A stretch of DNA of 64,000 nucleotides from Williopsis jadinii (GCA_024346625.1 AP024666.1:2046001-2110000); one strand, 5' to 3'. Counted from the stretch's first letter, positions 48,162 through 60,361 are shown. The notes: generated by a model from the sequence alone, not told the origin. Translations and numbers: made by a program.

Positions 48162-50564
48162 ATGATGAGGTTCGAAGGGTTGGTTTTAGCATTATTCTTT
48201 TGGGCAAACTATGCTTCAGCTGATATTGCAGACTGGTTTAAACCATCCACGGTTGACTTAAAGACAGTTTCTACTGATCTGTATGTTGACACCACCATTT
48301 CTCAACTCTGTAAGTATGCATCAAATGTTGCAACTCTCAGAGAAAAGGAATACTCGTACTTGTACACAGTTGATGGTGAAACTGTGACATCCGAAATCTT
48401 GTTTGTGCCAATCAAATACAGAAAGTTCTCTATTTCATGGTACTTCAAGTTTACTGAAAGTCCACATGCTACAGGATTCAAGGTTGCAGCTAACGGAGAT
48501 GACATTGAGAATGTCTCTGGTGTTGTAAACTTAAAGAACGGTGAAGCTATCATTACTTACGATGTCATTTTCCCATTGCTTTCCTTTGTTGACTCTGTTA
48601 TTGATTATTGTGTAAATGAGTTCGTGTCTTGGACCTGGGAAGTCTTCAACCCAGCTACTGGCGGTGATGAAATCCTGACTTTTTACACTGGTAATCTCGG
48701 GGCCACCAAAGAGCAGATCTTAAAACAATTCACATGCTCCATTGTTAACTTCTTAGACTGCCCAATCTATTCTGCTGGTCTACGTTATGACTGCCAAGGA
48801 CTCGCAAACTTCCAAACCTGCTCCCAAGTTGCGACACTGACTGGACCGGAATCTTCGTCTTCTGAGGTCATTTCTTCAGAATCTTCAGTGGCTTCGAGTG
48901 AAGTAGACTCATCAACTGAACAATCCTCCACAACGCTATCTGAAGATGTGTCAGAGTCGTCTACTTCAGTGACGGAGACTTCAAGCGAAGATTCGACCCA
49001 ATCTTCAGACGACACATCCACTGTTCTATCCAGTGAAGTCTTGAGTACCTCCTCTTCCGCTGATATTTCCTCAACAGTATCATCGACAACAACAAGCACT
49101 GCGACTGATGCATACATTACTGGTTACTATCTTGACGGCCAACCTCATTGGGATCTTCATATACCTGGGTCAATAGGAACATGGACCTCTATTGAAATTA
49201 CTGGAACTAATGGTGGTTCTGCCTATAGATTTGTATCTGGAGAGTTCTTAGTTGATGGAAAAGCTGCTGGAGGGTCTGTTATCCTTACAGATGCATCTTA
49301 TGATGCACTCTATGAAGAACCTATCGATGAGACTTCTGAGCTTATTTTCTCTTTATCAGCTCAGGCTACTGGTCCAGCCCCATATATATATGACGCACAT
49401 ATCACGATCACCACCCCTGATGAAAGAAGAGTTCGTATTTTGAAGCGAGCTGTGATTGATTATGACTTTTCTAATACTTTGGTATCAGATGCTTCATACA
49501 CGACAAATTCTGATATTTCATCAGATACAATCTCCGACTCAGCCACACCAACTTCTGAGGAGTCTTCAACTTTGAGCACTTCCGTTAGTTCTGAATCTTC
49601 TAGTGTATTGTCCTCGGACTCCTCATTGACATCAGAGGATGTGACTTCATCCGGGGATTCATCAGTTGCTGGCGAATCTACTGCTTCTGGTTCTGATGAT
49701 GATCTGTCCTCTTCTTCCTCTGTGACAGATGGTGTTTCCATTACTAGTGCTGTTACTTCTACTAGCGATGACACTTTTACTACCACTGACATCGACTCTA
49801 CTTCTAGTAGTGATTCTTCTGCTTTTAGTGAGGGTCTATCAACTGGTGGTTCTTCTGATGATACTATTACAGATACTTCAAATACTGCAACAGGTGAATA
49901 TAGCGATGACGAGGATACCGCCACTTTTACTGGAGATGACAACCTAACAGTATTCACAGATGCCTTTGGAAATATAGTTACTGGCTCTATAACTACTGTT
50001 ACAACGACGAATTCAGTTGGATCTACTGTTACATTAACTACAACATATTGTCCAGCCACAGAATCACAAGTCTACACTGGTGTTGTGACTACAGTAATCG
50101 AAGGAGAAGTTCTCGAAACGCCATTGGTTACTTCATATGAATACATCACTATTTATGACGCTGGTGGCGAGGTTGAAACAATAATCACAACCTATGTTAC
50201 TAAAAGAATCACTGTTGACAACCCAACTACTTCAGTGGATGCGGTTGGCACATTTGTTACAACTGCTGCAGAAGTTTCAAGTCCAGAAGCAGAAGCAGAA
50301 GCAGATACAGCTTCAATTTCAGATGTTATAGGAACCGGTATTCCAGCACCACAACCAACACCTGCTGGTGATTCGGAAGAGACGACCACTATTTCCACAA
50401 CCTTGGTTGTTCCAGTGATTACAATTCCTACGTATTCTGAATTCACTTCAGTCCCAACTCCAACAGCTGCTGTTGTTTCCTCATTTGAAGGTGCTGCATC
50501 AAAGATTCAGGTGCAAGGTTTCTTCTTAGCTATATTTTCTGTTATTATGGCTGTACTATTCTGA
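48162..50564 (+). CDS. GPI-anchored Ser/Thr-rich cell-wall protein
   Basis: Signal peptide, globular N-domain, S/T-rich stalk and GPI signal (SFEGAA...FFLAIFSVIMAVLF). Confidence 0.85.
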   Translation: MMRFEGLVLALFFWANYASADIADWFKPSTVDLKTVSTDLYVDTTISQLCKYASNVATLREKEYSYLYTVDGETVTSEILFVPIKYRKFSISWYFKFTESPHATGFKVAANGDDIENVSGVVNLKNGEAIITYDVIFPLLSFVDSVIDYCVNEFVSWTWEVFNPATGGDEILTFYTGNLGATKEQILKQFTCSIVNFLDCPIYSAGLRYDCQGLANFQTCSQVATLTGPESSSSEVISSESSVASSEVDSSTEQSSTTLSEDVSESSTSVTETSSEDSTQSSDDTSTVLSSEVLSTSSSADISSTVSSTTTSTATDAYITGYYLDGQPHWDLHIPGSIGTWTSIEITGTNGGSAYRFVSGEFLVDGKAAGGSVILTDASYDALYEEPIDETSELIFSLSAQATGPAPYIYDAHITITTPDERRVRILKRAVIDYDFSNTLVSDASYTTNSDISSDTISDSATPTSEESSTLSTSVSSESSSVLSSDSSLTSEDVTSSGDSSVAGESTASGSDDDLSSSSSVTDGVSITSAVTSTSDDTFTTTDIDSTSSSDSSAFSEGLSTGGSSDDTITDTSNTATGEYSDDEDTATFTGDDNLTVFTDAFGNIVTGSITTVTTTNSVGSTVTLTTTYCPATESQVYTGVVTTVIEGEVLETPLVTSYEYITIYDAGGEVETIITTYVTKRITVDNPTTSVDAVGTFVTTAAEVSSPEAEAEADTASISDVIGTGIPAPQPTPAGDSEETTTISTTLVVPVITIPTYSEFTSVPTPTAAVVSSFEGAASKIQVQGFFLAIFSVIMAVLF

Positions 50565-52195
50565 GAAGTTAACACCAGGTTCTATTACTTCTTCGTTTGT
50601 CTTGGTTAAATTGAACCAGGACCTCTTCAATTCTCTCCACTATCTACTCAATGAGTTTTGGAGTTTTTTCTTCGAACTTGAAATATTGATAGACAGGCTA
50701 AGTTCTGCCAAGTATCGATGTTTCACAGAACCTTCCAAAGTTGTTCTGTTTTGATTCTTCTGCGTATACAGATTGATTTCACTTCTGTAATTCCTTATTC
50801 TTTTTTATTGATTGATTATTCTTGTCTAGTTAGTAGTTTTCGTTAAAAGTTATAAGACGTTGCAATGGAAAAATAGACTTGTTAATTACGAAGCCTGCAG
50901 TTTTCTCACAAGCCATGCGTTAGAGTACAACTTACGAGTTTTGTATTTAAACACGGTATTGGTTGCTTATTAACCTAGAATGATTTCCTTCCATAAGCTT
51001 CTAGTCTCCCATCCTCCACTGCTCATCCCGGTATGTAACCGGTATTTACAAGTTAGCAAAGATGGTGTGACAAAATACTTGAGCTTCTTCACAATGATTT
51101 CGGTCAAGATCCCCTATTTAAACGTGGGCTCGCATATACGGTATATAACAGTCAACGGAATGAATTGCAGCTTGTAAAACTGCTAAGTTTCCAATTGGAT
51201 AACCTCAAATTGTTTTGGAACAACTCCTCAACATTCTAGTTGCTTAGACACTCAAAGAAATTTTACTAAAAGTGGAAACAGAACTAGGCAAATAAACAAA
51301 CCTTTTTCATACCGGGCATTAGATATGAGGTTTTAAAACAGACTGCTGATCTTCAAAATAATTTGTTAATAATCTATGGGAGCATCTCCTCCATGAACGT
51401 ACATACTGGTTGAAGCTGCCTGTCCCCTTTAATGCCGGACTTCAAAAGAATCGTCATTATTCAGTTATCTCGTTCAAGCAACCAAACAATTGCTACGTTT
51501 CAGGTGTTCATGTAACTACAGATAATACCATGAGCTCTCTAAGAAGACCTAGATTATAGACTTTTATATTGAAAATGAAGATGATGTGGATGGGGAGGGG
51601 GACTTCAACGTTGACCGTGTGGTCCCTTTTTACATTTGCATGTTGTTTGAAGAACCCTGTAGTTCCGTAACCCCTAATAAAATGACCAGTCAATTATTTG
51701 ATCTCCTCAATGAAGAACTACATTCTATCTCAAGACCCCAAAGTGAATTGTATCAGAAACTTGTATAAAGCTTTCGAGATAGAATATTTATCCCTCATCG
51801 AGTTTTTCCAAATGCACAGATCAAACTGCATACCAAATTTTATATTTTGTGCGAACGTCGAAGTGGCTCTCTTTTCTGATTCCAACATTTGTCAACAAAA
51901 ATCACATTTGATTGCAGATCTAACAAATCAAGAAGGGGAAGCACAGATAATGCATTTTCTGAAGAATCTAAAGTACTTGCAAGGGTGTGGAGACTTCCAA
52001 TATCCAACAAAGGAAGGTGTGGGCGAGGGTCTTCAAGTAAAAATTTAGTAAGCTGATACTCTTTTCTTTCAATGAGCAGATAATTTCATATTTGATTTTC
52101 TAGATACCTTGACAATGATTGGTTTTATAGCTGATGGTGCAAAAGTGTAGAAGCTTGGTGTTGGAAGAGATCAAAATGCTTCCCGGATTGTAGAT

Positions 52196-53450
52196 GATGA
52201 AAAAGATCGAAGAGCATGTCCTTACTTTGAAACAATTTCTACCTCACGAAAATACCTTGGAGGAAAGTTCCTCACCTCATGAAGTCGAACTGACTCATTC
52301 TTATTATATGATTAACATTAACCAATATTGGATGAGATGATTCCATATTAAAACCTGGCCAATCGACGCTAGAGTGCGGTAGCTGTCATGGGTAATCCTT
52401 CCGGTGCTGTCATATGTGCAATAACCAATGGTGTCTTCGGTATTTCGCTTTTTACAATTCTTGCAGCATCACTCTCAGATCATTTTGGTACATAAAACAC
52501 AATAAAGACAGGTAACATCAATATGGTTATTGGTACAATCATTCAAACTTTTTAGAGATCCTGGGGTTTCGGGAGAATATGATAAGGAAAGCAAATGGGC
52601 TTATGCAATGTTTCTTGTTACAAGAACAATTCTAGATGTTGGAAATGGGTTAGCAGAGATTTCTCCATTTCACTGATCTCAGAGCTATTGCATTGTAATC
52701 ATAGACAGGTAGTGACAACCATTTTTTTTTAGCTCTAACTGGTATCTAGGCCCAATAATATGCTCCTTGGTCCCAATTGGAACCTGAAGTGTTGGTATTA
52801 ATCGATCACAGAGTGTTTCTTCGATTCTTCAAGGGCTTTTCCCAGTATTACAGTGGGTTTTAATTTACCTTGTCCCCGTTTCTAAAGGATCCACTGATGG
52901 TGTCAGGAAGATTCTGATGAAATACCACTGTGGTGATAACGAGGAAATCATAACAATTTGTGTTCAATAAAGGATTGACGGTTTACAACCATAGCATTTC
53001 CATTATCATCAATAAAGTATTTGTTTTCGATTCTATTTGAAGAAGAACCGTTGTTATTACATCGGTTGCCTTAATGTTTGTTACATATATGATATTGACC
53101 ATTTTATCTGCAATCAACCAGCAAAGAAACTTTCAAGACAAGTATCTTGGGAAGGTCGGATATACAAGGATAAGCTCAACAGCTAGAATACAAAGATAGA
53201 CTTTGTGGTATTTCCATTTAATGACACCCACAGCAACAGGATTGACGAACCCATCATAGATTTGTATAATTTCCTGTACAATTAAAGAAATATTAATTCC
53301 CTTCACCCAAGTAGGGATAGGAAATATCTTTGTCAAATACAAGAATGGAAGTCCATTGAGACAAAAAAGACCAAGTGATATAAAATGGCACATTTTCATG
53401 AACGGTTCGAAAGACCGTGGAAAAATTACCCACCGTGTTGTTGACACCAT
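52196..53450 (+). pseudogene. Degenerate paralog of the LAC12-like sugar porter, with an internal inversion (about 53146-53381)
   Basis: On the + strand: YLTKIPWRKVPHL and RRTVVITSVALMFVTYMILTILSAINQQRNFQD. On the - strand: LNGLPFLYLTKI...FVNPVAVGVIKWKYHKVYLCILAVE. All match the 21387-22994 protein. Many stops and frameshifts. Confidence 0.85.
53382..53407 (+). mobile_element. Solo right end of the Fanzor-carrying element
   Basis: AAAATGGCACATTTTCATGAACGGTT is identical (26/26) to 42188-42213. Confidence 0.75.
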
Positions 53451-54010
53451 CCGATAAGCTTCTGTTTGTTTGCACTTGTTATCCAAACCACCCACATCCT
53501 AGAAGTGTCCACGATTCATTATTATAGTGGAAATTGGAAAACTATAGAAGATGAATTTAGCGCATCAGTTTATTTCGAAATTGAATTCCGAATGTGTTAA
53601 TATGAATATTTCTACTAAGATGTCTACTTATACCGTTCACAATCTCACAATCTGACGATCCTTGTAGCAGGATCTGTTGAGATGTGGATCACATTTTTTT
53701 CCCGGTAAACGGGGTAACACTCCACCACAAGCTGGAGGAGGTTGTGGATGTTTCGTAAGATTTGGAGAAAATCCCCAAAACTCTCTAATTAGAGCCGAAG
53801 CGTCCGAACTCACACAGATTAAAGCCTGAATCCAAGGCAGAGACGGAAATTAAATCATTATGAGAAGATTGTTTCGAGAATTTAAGTAGTTTGCTTATAA
53901 TGGTGCAGAGTAGATTTGTATCTTTTGTAGTGCATGGTGTTTTGGTAAGTAGGGATATTTTATAAATTACTACAAGCGACATATCTTTTAAGAGAATTCA
54001 AGCCCATTAA

Positions 54011-55857
54011 TTAAACATAGCCAGTCGAGTCCCACGATTGTAAGTTGGTAGTCAAATTCTTCCACACCTCTGGTGAAACCTCTTTCGAAAAAGGCCTTAT
54101 GAAATCTAGGAACTCATCATCAGTCTCCTCTTGAGTCGTGAAAATGTTCGAGATTTCATTGAGGAGAATTGTATTCGGACTAATAGCGTCAGAGTGTTGA
54201 TATAGTTTAGCTTCAGTTTCTGCTTCGTCCCTAAATTTCTCAAATAACGAATCTAACTCTCGCAATCGTATCTCATTCTCAATAGCAGTGAAATTACCGG
54301 CTTCGCTCATCAAGCGGTTCAGGTCACGTCCTACTGGTATTAGATTCGTATCAGTTGATGACATGTAGAGAACCAGTAAAGAGGAGAAGAGATATCTTGC
54401 ATCCCAGAAGCCAAATTTTGAAAACATCCCAACCTCCTTGAGATGGAACAGAATGTTTATGTTCGCACAAGCTGCCCCCACACATCTCTTGATTGCTTGT
54501 GTTATCTCAGTACTATTGTCATTGGTATCCTGTTGTCCAATGAAGACTGACAAAACCAATGGACGGATTGTTATTATGACAATCTGATTCAGTCGAAGGT
54601 ATAAATTAGCAACAGTTCTGTCATTGTGCACAATGATTGAGCTCTTCAATCTTGGTGGAAGATTCTTTTGGAAACTACCTAGTTTCCTCAAGGCACTCAG
54701 TAAGTCATCAATGGTTTTCTTAACAGTAGGCCTATAGATCGTTTTCATGATATCTCCTGTGATAACTGCAAGCTGAACGTTGGCTTTTAATATTTCGGAA
54801 TTGAATCCATCGTTTAAAGTGATCAGTTCACTTGTGTCAACAGTAATATCGGCCATCTCAACGTGTACCGGTTGGCCCAATTTTGCAGTCCAAACGGTGT
54901 CCATACAGAAGCATGTCCACCAGAGTCGTCTCCTCTGTTCTTGTTCCTCCAACGGTAACGATTTCATCCTTCTATGAAGTCCCATGGCCAACGACATTCT
55001 AACAGCACATCCATAGTGTGTAAATGCCGTTATAGACCTGTTCAAGCCTTGCTGATAAAACCCAACAAGCAGTAGGGTCTGGATTTTTTGAATTGTTGGT
55101 TCCTCTGATTGTGTATCCATCAGCCTCGTCGAAGTGTTAAAATACGATATCCCAGGCACTTCAGATCTAGCGTGTGTTTCATCCAGATATTGTTGACCGA
55201 TCGCCAACAATATAAAGAAATAGGCCATCCAAGCAGAATCAGGTCTGGCACCGTCTTCCTTATATAATGCCTCTATCTCTTCAATGATTGTGGGGGAAAA
55301 CAAATAATACTCTTGTCCTAGAAATTTTATCACTTTTTCCACTAGAAAAAGTGAATATTGCTTCTCAGGGATATTCAATTGCTCTGTAATCTGGTTGTTA
55401 TCTTGATCTCTATAGAAATGTCTCAGTGTGTTACCGGCAAAGATGATGTCGTCATCTCCATCCACGTCCAGAAAAGAGTACAGCGAGCTATCCGTCGTTG
55501 TTGAAGTTTGGAAGACATTATCTTGTAGTACGAGACCTCTAGTATGAGACGATGATTCTTGAGGCTTGTTCATAAGAGATTCCAACTCTGCTATTCTCCT
55601 TTGAAGCATCAAAATGTCAGACTCTTGAACAGTGACAACGCGATCCTTCACGGGATACTCACACTCCTTTCGCGAGGATATGCAGTTTTGACAACATGGC
55701 TTGCCTGTTAACTGTTAGTGTCTGCCCAGCTAATGTGGGATATAGTGACGTTGTATTACTCACCACCTGAACACTTTATCTTCTGCGCTCGACACCGTTT
55801 ACAGGCCAGGTGTGACCGCCTAGAACTCTTTACAGACAGATACCGTACTTGAGACAT
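54011..55857 (-). CDS. Zn2Cys6 transcription factor, probable cluster regulator. Exons 55857-55764 and 55704-54011.
   Basis: Splicing GTGAGT..CACTAAC..CAG (55763-55705) rebuilds ACKRCRAQKIKCSGGKPCCQNCISSRKECEYP. Fungal TF domain A.RMSLAMGLHR...RRRLWWTCFCMD...LGQP. Confidence 0.9.
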
Positions 55858-56177
55858 GTGTTGTGATCCCTCAATGGAGGGAACCTGGAGCCGTTTAAAA
55901 GTGTAATTATCCTCCCTTTCCCATTGTTTTGTAATAGAAAGAGTTGTAGATCTATCAAAAGACCTCAGTGAATCATATGCAAAGTTCGCTTATAGTTTTG
56001 ATAGGGACACTATATAGCGAGATTCTAACCAATCAGAGTCGTTTACTCATTTTATATAGATAAGTTGCCTCATTCAAACAACAGATGAGGTACAATTGCA
56101 GTACTTTGTAGCAGAGTTGCAGTGACTACAGCGTGGAACTTGCCTGCAGTTTAAAATGGGTTTATCTGTCTTTATGT

Positions 56178-56204
56178 TCGGAGTTTGAGGTTCCAATTCT
56201 CCGG
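56178..56204. promoter_or_regulatory. TCGGAG-N15-CTCCGG site upstream of the Zn2Cys6 gene
   Basis: One of five copies of the cluster palindrome. Confidence 0.65.
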
Positions 56205-56283
56205 TTCTATAGCTATCTAAAGGTATTTTTGAATCCAAATAGTTATGAGTAGCTTATACTGATAGCTCAGATATCGCATGCTG

Positions 56284-57768
56284 CTATGCCAATATCGGGT
56301 TTATTTCCTTCATTGGGCCTGCCAAAGTGGAAGGTCCTCTTTTCAAGTAGTTTCCATCACCAAGCGTGTTCACAACACCACCGTTGTCTCTATCCCAAGC
56401 GACTTGGCCCCTCAGTATTGTATACCGTGGCCAGTTGGTGAATTTCATACCTTCAAATGGCGAATAGTCGATGTCATGGTGTAACATTTCGTTATCCAGG
56501 ATAAACTCTTTCATCTCACCTTTTGGGTACCAAATGGTGAAATCAGCATCGTAGCCAATTCCAATGGTTCCCTTTCTATCTGAAAGGCCGTAGATCTTTG
56601 CAGGGTTGGTTGAGCAGAGTTCAACAAACTTTTGTGGTGTGATTCTTCCAGTTTCAACACCGTAGCAAAAGAGCAAAGGTAAACGTGTTTCAATTCCTGG
56701 TAGACCATTAGGTATTTGCTTGTAATGGGGCAATCCATCAACCAATCCCAATTTCTTACCCTTTGGGTTATCGTACTGTGAAGGAGCATGGTCAGAGGAG
56801 AAGACGGTGACGGTGCCGTTCTGGATACTTCTCCAAACACCGTCCAATTCAGACTGGCTTTGTCTCAGTGGTGGAGAACAGACGTATTTGGCGCCTTCAA
56901 ACGGATCTTCCCCATGACCCTTGTGATGGCAACAGCCTTGCTTCAAGTAATCGCTTGTTAAAAACAGATATTGAGGACAAGTTTCTGCGTAAATCGGAAC
57001 CAAGTTTCTTTGAGCATTCTCAACATGAGATAGTGCAGTCTCCGAAGACATATGAACAATCAAGATTGGCACGTCGATAACTTTTGCCAACGAAATGACT
57101 CTATAAGATGCCTCATCTTCTGCTTCAAGTGGTCTGGAAACCGAATGGTAATAAGTACCCGTCATCTTTTTCTCTTGTAGTTTCCCATTGATGAAGTCAA
57201 TGACATCAGAGTTTTCGGCGTGGATCATAGTTGTCATCTCCAGCTTTCTAGTCTCAAGGAGCAGTTCTAACAGTTGAGAGTCATTCAACTTATATCTGGG
57301 ATAAGTTGTGTAAACTTTGATGGAAGTGATACCCTCTTTGGCGATCATTTGAGAGAGCTGTTGTAGAGACTCCGTTGTTGGATCGGAAACGATGAGGTGG
57401 AACCCATAATCACAGTAGGACCCAACACTGGCTCTCTTATGGTAGTCATCAACAACTTTTTGGAAGTCGTATTCGCCCTTTGGCTGGATTGCAAACGGCA
57501 AGATGGTGGTATTACCACCAGCAACCGCACTTCTGGAACCACTTTCAAAGTCATCACCAGTTGGGGCGTTATCCTGATCCAAGTGGACATGGGAGTCAAT
57601 ACCACCCGGAGTGATAAGCGCACCTTGAGCATCGATGACCTTTTTACCCTGTAGTATCTCAGTGGTCATGGTTTGTATAACACCGTTCTTAACACCGATG
57701 TAAACAGACGGTGGAAGCACATCAGATGCTGTAATGATATGACCGTTGTGGATGACGAGATCAAACAT
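56284..57768 (-). CDS. D-hydantoinase / dihydropyrimidinase (cyclic amidohydrolase)
   Basis: MFDLVIHNG start, PGGIDSHVH metal motif, GITSIKVY (carbamylated Lys), IHAEN, IVHMS, ETCPQY, SSDHAP, PNGLPGIETR, GYDADF. Confidence 0.93.
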   Translation of the reverse strand: MFDLVIHNGHIITASDVLPPSVYIGVKNGVIQTMTTEILQGKKVIDAQGALITPGGIDSHVHLDQDNAPTGDDFESGSRSAVAGGNTTILPFAIQPKGEYDFQKVVDDYHKRASVGSYCDYGFHLIVSDPTTESLQQLSQMIAKEGITSIKVYTTYPRYKLNDSQLLELLLETRKLEMTTMIHAENSDVIDFINGKLQEKKMTGTYYHSVSRPLEAEDEASYRVISLAKVIDVPILIVHMSSETALSHVENAQRNLVPIYAETCPQYLFLTSDYLKQGCCHHKGHGEDPFEGAKYVCSPPLRQSQSELDGVWRSIQNGTVTVFSSDHAPSQYDNPKGKKLGLVDGLPHYKQIPNGLPGIETRLPLLFCYGVETGRITPQKFVELCSTNPAKIYGLSDRKGTIGIGYDADFTIWYPKGEMKEFILDNEMLHHDIDYSPFEGMKFTNWPRYTILRGQVAWDRDNGGVVNTLGDGNYLKRGPSTLAGPMKEINPILA

Positions 57769-57883
57769 GGTCCTATCGAGGTTAGTAAAGATTAGGCTCT
57801 TGACATCTTTTGCGCTTATTATGGGTATCAAAGGAGGTATATATGGACGATGCGTAGAGACGGATGAGTTGTTATCAACTACG

Positions 57884-57909
57884 TCGGAGTTTTTCAACAA
57901 GATCTCCGA
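57884..57909. promoter_or_regulatory. TCGGAG-N14-CTCCGA site in the hydantoinase/racemase divergent promoter
   Basis: Perfect half-sites. Overlaps a GATAAG. Confidence 0.75.
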
Positions 57910-58029
57910 TAAGCCACAATATGCCCGATAAGTGTCTTCAGTCTCAATATCCGCCATATACTTATAACAGCAGTATATGCTTTTTGAACTGTACCCCTGT
58001 GTGACATTGTGATGATGCTAACCGACACA

Positions 58030-58824
58030 ATGACCGTGAAGACACTGGACCAGCTGCCCTTTGTAGGGAGCACAAGACCCAAGATCAAAGTGTTGTTGTT
58101 GAACCCCAACTCCACCGAGATCATGACATCGAATTGCCTCTCTATGGCCTCAAAGTTTTTGGCACCAGATGTTGCCCTGTATGGATACACAGCCAAACAA
58201 CCTGCACCATCAACTGTTGAATGCCATTTGGATGGTGTGCTATCTGCAGCTGACGCTTTTAGAGACAGCTACGATTACGTCCAACAGGTTGACGCGGTCC
58301 TTGTTGCGTGCTTCTCTGACCATCCTTTGACCAATTGTCTACGTGAAGAGTTCAATGTACCTATTTGTGGAATCTTTGAGGCTGGAATATACACAGCTAG
58401 AATGTTGGGTGGTAAGTTTGGTGTTATCACCACCGTGGCACGGTCATCGATAAGACACGGTATCGCAATCAGATCTATGGGTCTCGATGGATACTGTGCA
58501 GGGCTAGAGAGCACAAATTTGAAAGTAGCCGAGCTCCACACCAAGCCTAGAGAAGAGGTCTTGTTCCTCATGTCCAAAGTCGCGATGAAGCTTGTCGTTG
58601 AAAGAGGTGCTGATACAATTGTACTTGGATGTGCCGGTATGGCTGATATGCAGATTGCAGTAACCAATGCCGTTAGAGACTACGGAGTACAAGTCATTGA
58701 TGGGGTTTCTACAGGTATTAATATCCTCACCGGTATGGTGCGTAGCGACTTGAAGACTTCTAAGGCCGGCTTGTTCGCTAGCAGTAGAGAATCACGGCTA
58801 TCAAGAGGTCAAGATTATGTCTAA
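58030..58824 (+). CDS. Hydantoin/allantoin racemase (Dcg1 family)
   Basis: LLNPNST..MT, ACFSDHP and LGCAGM two-cysteine motifs, VIDGV. Confidence 0.92.
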   Translation: MTVKTLDQLPFVGSTRPKIKVLLLNPNSTEIMTSNCLSMASKFLAPDVALYGYTAKQPAPSTVECHLDGVLSAADAFRDSYDYVQQVDAVLVACFSDHPLTNCLREEFNVPICGIFEAGIYTARMLGGKFGVITTVARSSIRHGIAIRSMGLDGYCAGLESTNLKVAELHTKPREEVLFLMSKVAMKLVVERGADTIVLGCAGMADMQIAVTNAVRDYGVQVIDGVSTGINILTGMVRSDLKTSKAGLFASSRESRLSRGQDYV

Positions 58825-58865
58825 TTATGCAATTCAGCTATATATGATTTGATTGGAACGGCCAA

Positions 58866-58892
58866 TCGGAGTTTTCGAGGGCATTTCTCCGA
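58866..58892. promoter_or_regulatory. TCGGAG-N15-CTCCGA site upstream of the dehydrogenase
   Basis: Extended palindrome AATCGGAG...CTCCGATT. Confidence 0.75.
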
Positions 58893-59126
58893 TTCCGCTT
58901 ATAGGCGCTAATTTGTCCCTGTAGCAGCCCTTAAGAGAAAGCCGAGCGCTCGGCTGAGATGAACATTTTATCCAACTCTGAGCCTGTGTTTGCTTTGTTG
59001 TGTATGGTTTTACAATTGAACAGGTTTGCTCCAGTTTGAACTGACTGTGCATGGACTGTGTAGAGAGAAGCATTGGATAAAGCTTCTACTTTCTGTCTCC
59101 TCTTGCTAACATCTTGCCGTTATTCA

Positions 59127-60188
59127 ATGACCGTCGCAAAGCCAAGGATCCTGTACATTCCATGGGATGAGCCTGTTCATGACGAAGAAGCATGGAAGAC
59201 ACTCAATGAGAAGTTTGAGCTTGTTAACTACGACTTTGACACAGTGGAAGAGTATATGGACGAGTTGAGAAAGCCAGACCATGGTAAGATTGGTAACATC
59301 GATGGTGTTTGTCGCTCTGCATGGCTCAAATCAAACCCATATATTCACCATTACATCCTCAGGGACGAAGCAGTGAAGTTGTTGCCTGAGTCTGTAAAGA
59401 TTGTTGTGCAATCAGGTCATGGTTACGATATCGTTGACGTTGATTACTTGACTTCGAGAGGCATTGTCTTTTGCAACTCTCCTGATTCCTGCTCAAGAGC
59501 CACTGCAGATATTGGTATATCGTTGATCTTGAACTCTTTCCGTTATTTGACATTCGCAGAACACTGTGTCAGAACCCCTGGCATGTATTACCAAAGCCAA
59601 GAGATTGCGCATTTCGGAGAGGATCCAAACGGGAAGACTTTGGGTATCGTTGGCTTGGGCGACATTGGGTCCCTTGTTGCAAAGACATGTAAAAGTCTCG
59701 GTATGGACATCGTTTACCATAACAGATCGCCTAAACCGTTGTTGGAGGCACAAACGCCTATGCAGTACTGTAAGTCGATTGACGAGCTCTTTGCTCAGGC
59801 TGACTGCATCTTCATCTCGTGTCCTTACACCAAAGAGACAAGACACCTTATCAATACTGAGGCGTTCAAGAAGATGAAGCCGAGAGTGCGCCTGGTGAAC
59901 ATAGCTAGAGGCCCGATAGTCGAAGAAGCTGCTGTGATCGCTGCTTTCGAGAGTGGCCAACTCGTCGGTGCAGGCTTCGATGTTCATGAGTTTGAGCCAA
60001 AGATCGATGAAAGACTTCTACGTAATTGGAAGATTACACTGACTCCGCACACCGGTGTCTGTACTAGAGATTCTTTCCAAAACTTTGAAAAGAAATGCGT
60101 GAAGAACCTCGTCCAGTATTTCTACGGGAACGAAAAGCCCCATACAATCGTTAACGACGAAGCTTATCACAGTTCAACATCAGAATAA
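59127..60188 (+). CDS. D-isomer-specific 2-hydroxyacid dehydrogenase
   Basis: GHGYD.VDV, GKTLGIVGLGDIG, VNIARGPIV, GFDVHEFEP, LTPHTG. Confidence 0.92.
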   Translation: MTVAKPRILYIPWDEPVHDEEAWKTLNEKFELVNYDFDTVEEYMDELRKPDHGKIGNIDGVCRSAWLKSNPYIHHYILRDEAVKLLPESVKIVVQSGHGYDIVDVDYLTSRGIVFCNSPDSCSRATADIGISLILNSFRYLTFAEHCVRTPGMYYQSQEIAHFGEDPNGKTLGIVGLGDIGSLVAKTCKSLGMDIVYHNRSPKPLLEAQTPMQYCKSIDELFAQADCIFISCPYTKETRHLINTEAFKKMKPRVRLVNIARGPIVEEAAVIAAFESGQLVGAGFDVHEFEPKIDERLLRNWKITLTPHTGVCTRDSFQNFEKKCVKNLVQYFYGNEKPHTIVNDEAYHSSTSE

Positions 60189-60335
60189 ACAGAACCACCC
60201 AGATTATTCACTTTGTAGATAGAAAAGAACACAATACAGATCGGCTAAATGAAACGCTGAAATGATATGTGGTTAGGGTAGCACTTGTTGTTGCGAACTG
60301 AGAAATGTCCGTCACCTGCAATGTTCATGGGAGCG

Positions 60336-60361
60336 TCGGAGAATCAAGAAATTTTCTCCGA
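60336..60361. promoter_or_regulatory. TCGGAG-N14-CTCCGA site upstream of the NCS1 permease
   Basis: Extended palindrome CGTCGGAGAA...TTCTCCGACG, followed by GATAAG. Confidence 0.75.

Noticed and set aside
57769..57957. 63-aa N-terminal extension of the hydantoinase, or an intron suggested by TACTAAC at 57781-57787
   Set aside because: Family homology starts at MFDLVIHNG (57768) and the extension overlaps the promoter palindrome. I found no convincing 5' splice site.
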